A stretch of 64,000 nt of DNA from Scyliorhinus canicula (lineage: Eukaryota): positions 38,690,897-38,754,896 of the forward strand of contig NC_052165.1 of the NCBI RefSeq assembly GCF_902713615.1, written 5' to 3'. This document shows positions 63,025 to 64,000 of this stretch, one piece after another; position 1 is the first letter of the stretch; every line of letters begins with the position of its first letter. The notes under the pieces were generated by a model. The model was not told the origin of the DNA and did no database searches. It saw only the letters and a program-made list of their open reading frames with translations. The translations under genes were made by a program, and so were the position numbers.

Positions 63025-63595
63025 AGCATGGTGGCACAGTGGTTAGCAAGCATGGTGGCACAGTGGTTAGCATTGCTGCCTACGGCGCTGAGGACCCGGG
63101 TTCGAATCCCGGCCCTGGGTCACTGTCCGTGTGGAGTTTACACATTCTCCCCGTGTCTGTGTGGGTTTCACCCCCACAACCCAAAGGTGTGCAGGATAGG
63201 TAGTTTGGCCACTCTAAATTGCCCCTTAATTGGAAAAAATAATTGGGTACTCTAAATTTAAAGGGGCAACACGGTAGCATGGTGGTTAGCATAAATGCTT
63301 CACAGCTACAGGGTCCCAGGTTCGATTCCCGGCTGGGTCACTGTCTGTGTGGAGTCTGCACGTCCTCCCCGTGTGTGCGTGGGTTTCCTCCGGGTGCTCC
63401 GGTTTCCTCCCACAGTCCAAAGATGTGCGGGTTAGGTGGATTGGCCATGCTAAATTGCCCGCAGTGTCCTAAAAAGTAAGGTTAGGGGGGGGTTGGGTTA
63501 TGGGTATAGGGTGGATACGTGGGATTGAGTAGGGTGATCATTGCTCGGCACAACATCGAGGGCCGAAGGGCCTGTTCTGTGCTGTACTGTTCTAT
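63025..63595 (+). mobile_element. Two tandem HE1-head SINEs (63025-63260 with A-rich tail; 63263-63595 with CR1-type tail)
   Basis: Duplicated 24-bp head in the first copy; second copy full length. Confidence 0.85.
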
Positions 63596-63629
63596 CTCTC
63601 TTATTTACTTCATCTTTTTTGAATTTTAG

Positions 63630-63875
63630 TCTTGGGATCGGATCCTTGCTAACGTAGCCTTAGGATGGAGTAAGAACTGCAGATTTGAACATAACAAAGA
63701 CCTGAAAGTGCGAGGAAAACTTCATCCAGTATTCCCCGTTGTCGGAGAAAACATCTACGTTACAGAAGGCTCCTCTTTAAATGTCTCCAGGGCAATACAA
63801 AATTGGCACGGTGAAGTTAAAGATTATGATTATGTTTCACGACGTTGCACAAATGTATGTGGCCATTACACCCAG
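63630..63875 (+). CDS. GLIPR1: GLIPR1-like exon 2 (SWDRILA...GENIY...CGHYTQ); gene continues right of window
   Basis: ttttag| and |gtaatg, 246 nt, phase 0-0. CAP motifs GENI and CGHYTQ. Confidence 0.92.
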
Positions 63876-64000
63876 GTAATGTATTTTGTACAAATAATTT
63901 CATCGGTCAAAATGATACCCCAAAATAGCATTTCTATTACGGCTACTGTGAAAAGGTCCTTACTGATTTTATTCTTTTACAAATAAATATGATAAGAGCT

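Overview
Eukaryotic, repeat-dense genomic DNA, very probably from an elasmobranch (shark). This is inferred from the many HE1-type tRNA-derived SINEs, HER1/CR1 LINEs and a G-rich L1 family. Three spliced host genes can be assembled from GT-AG exons with consistent phases: (1) the 5' part of CAPS2 on the minus strand (ATG 20490, four coding exons down to 4444, continuing left of the window); (2) a complete 6-exon, 290-aa RIC3-domain gene best matching CCDC107 on the minus strand (40186-25684); (3) the first two exons of a GLIPR1-like CAP-domain gene on the plus strand (46077-63875). The rest is mostly transposon-derived: L1, CR1/L2, SINEs, Penelope-type tails with degenerate hammerhead motifs, solo LTRs and a Gmr1-type Gypsy element with integrase upstream of RT. 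The most unusual structure is a 2,066-bp fold-back hAT/Buster element (21281-23346). It has two ~830-bp inverted copies of the transposon's left end around a transposase N-terminus, is bounded by an intact 8-bp TSD, and lies about 0.5 kb upstream of the CAPS2 promoter and just downstream of CCDC107. Repeat boundaries were read by eye and are approximate unless a TSD is quoted.
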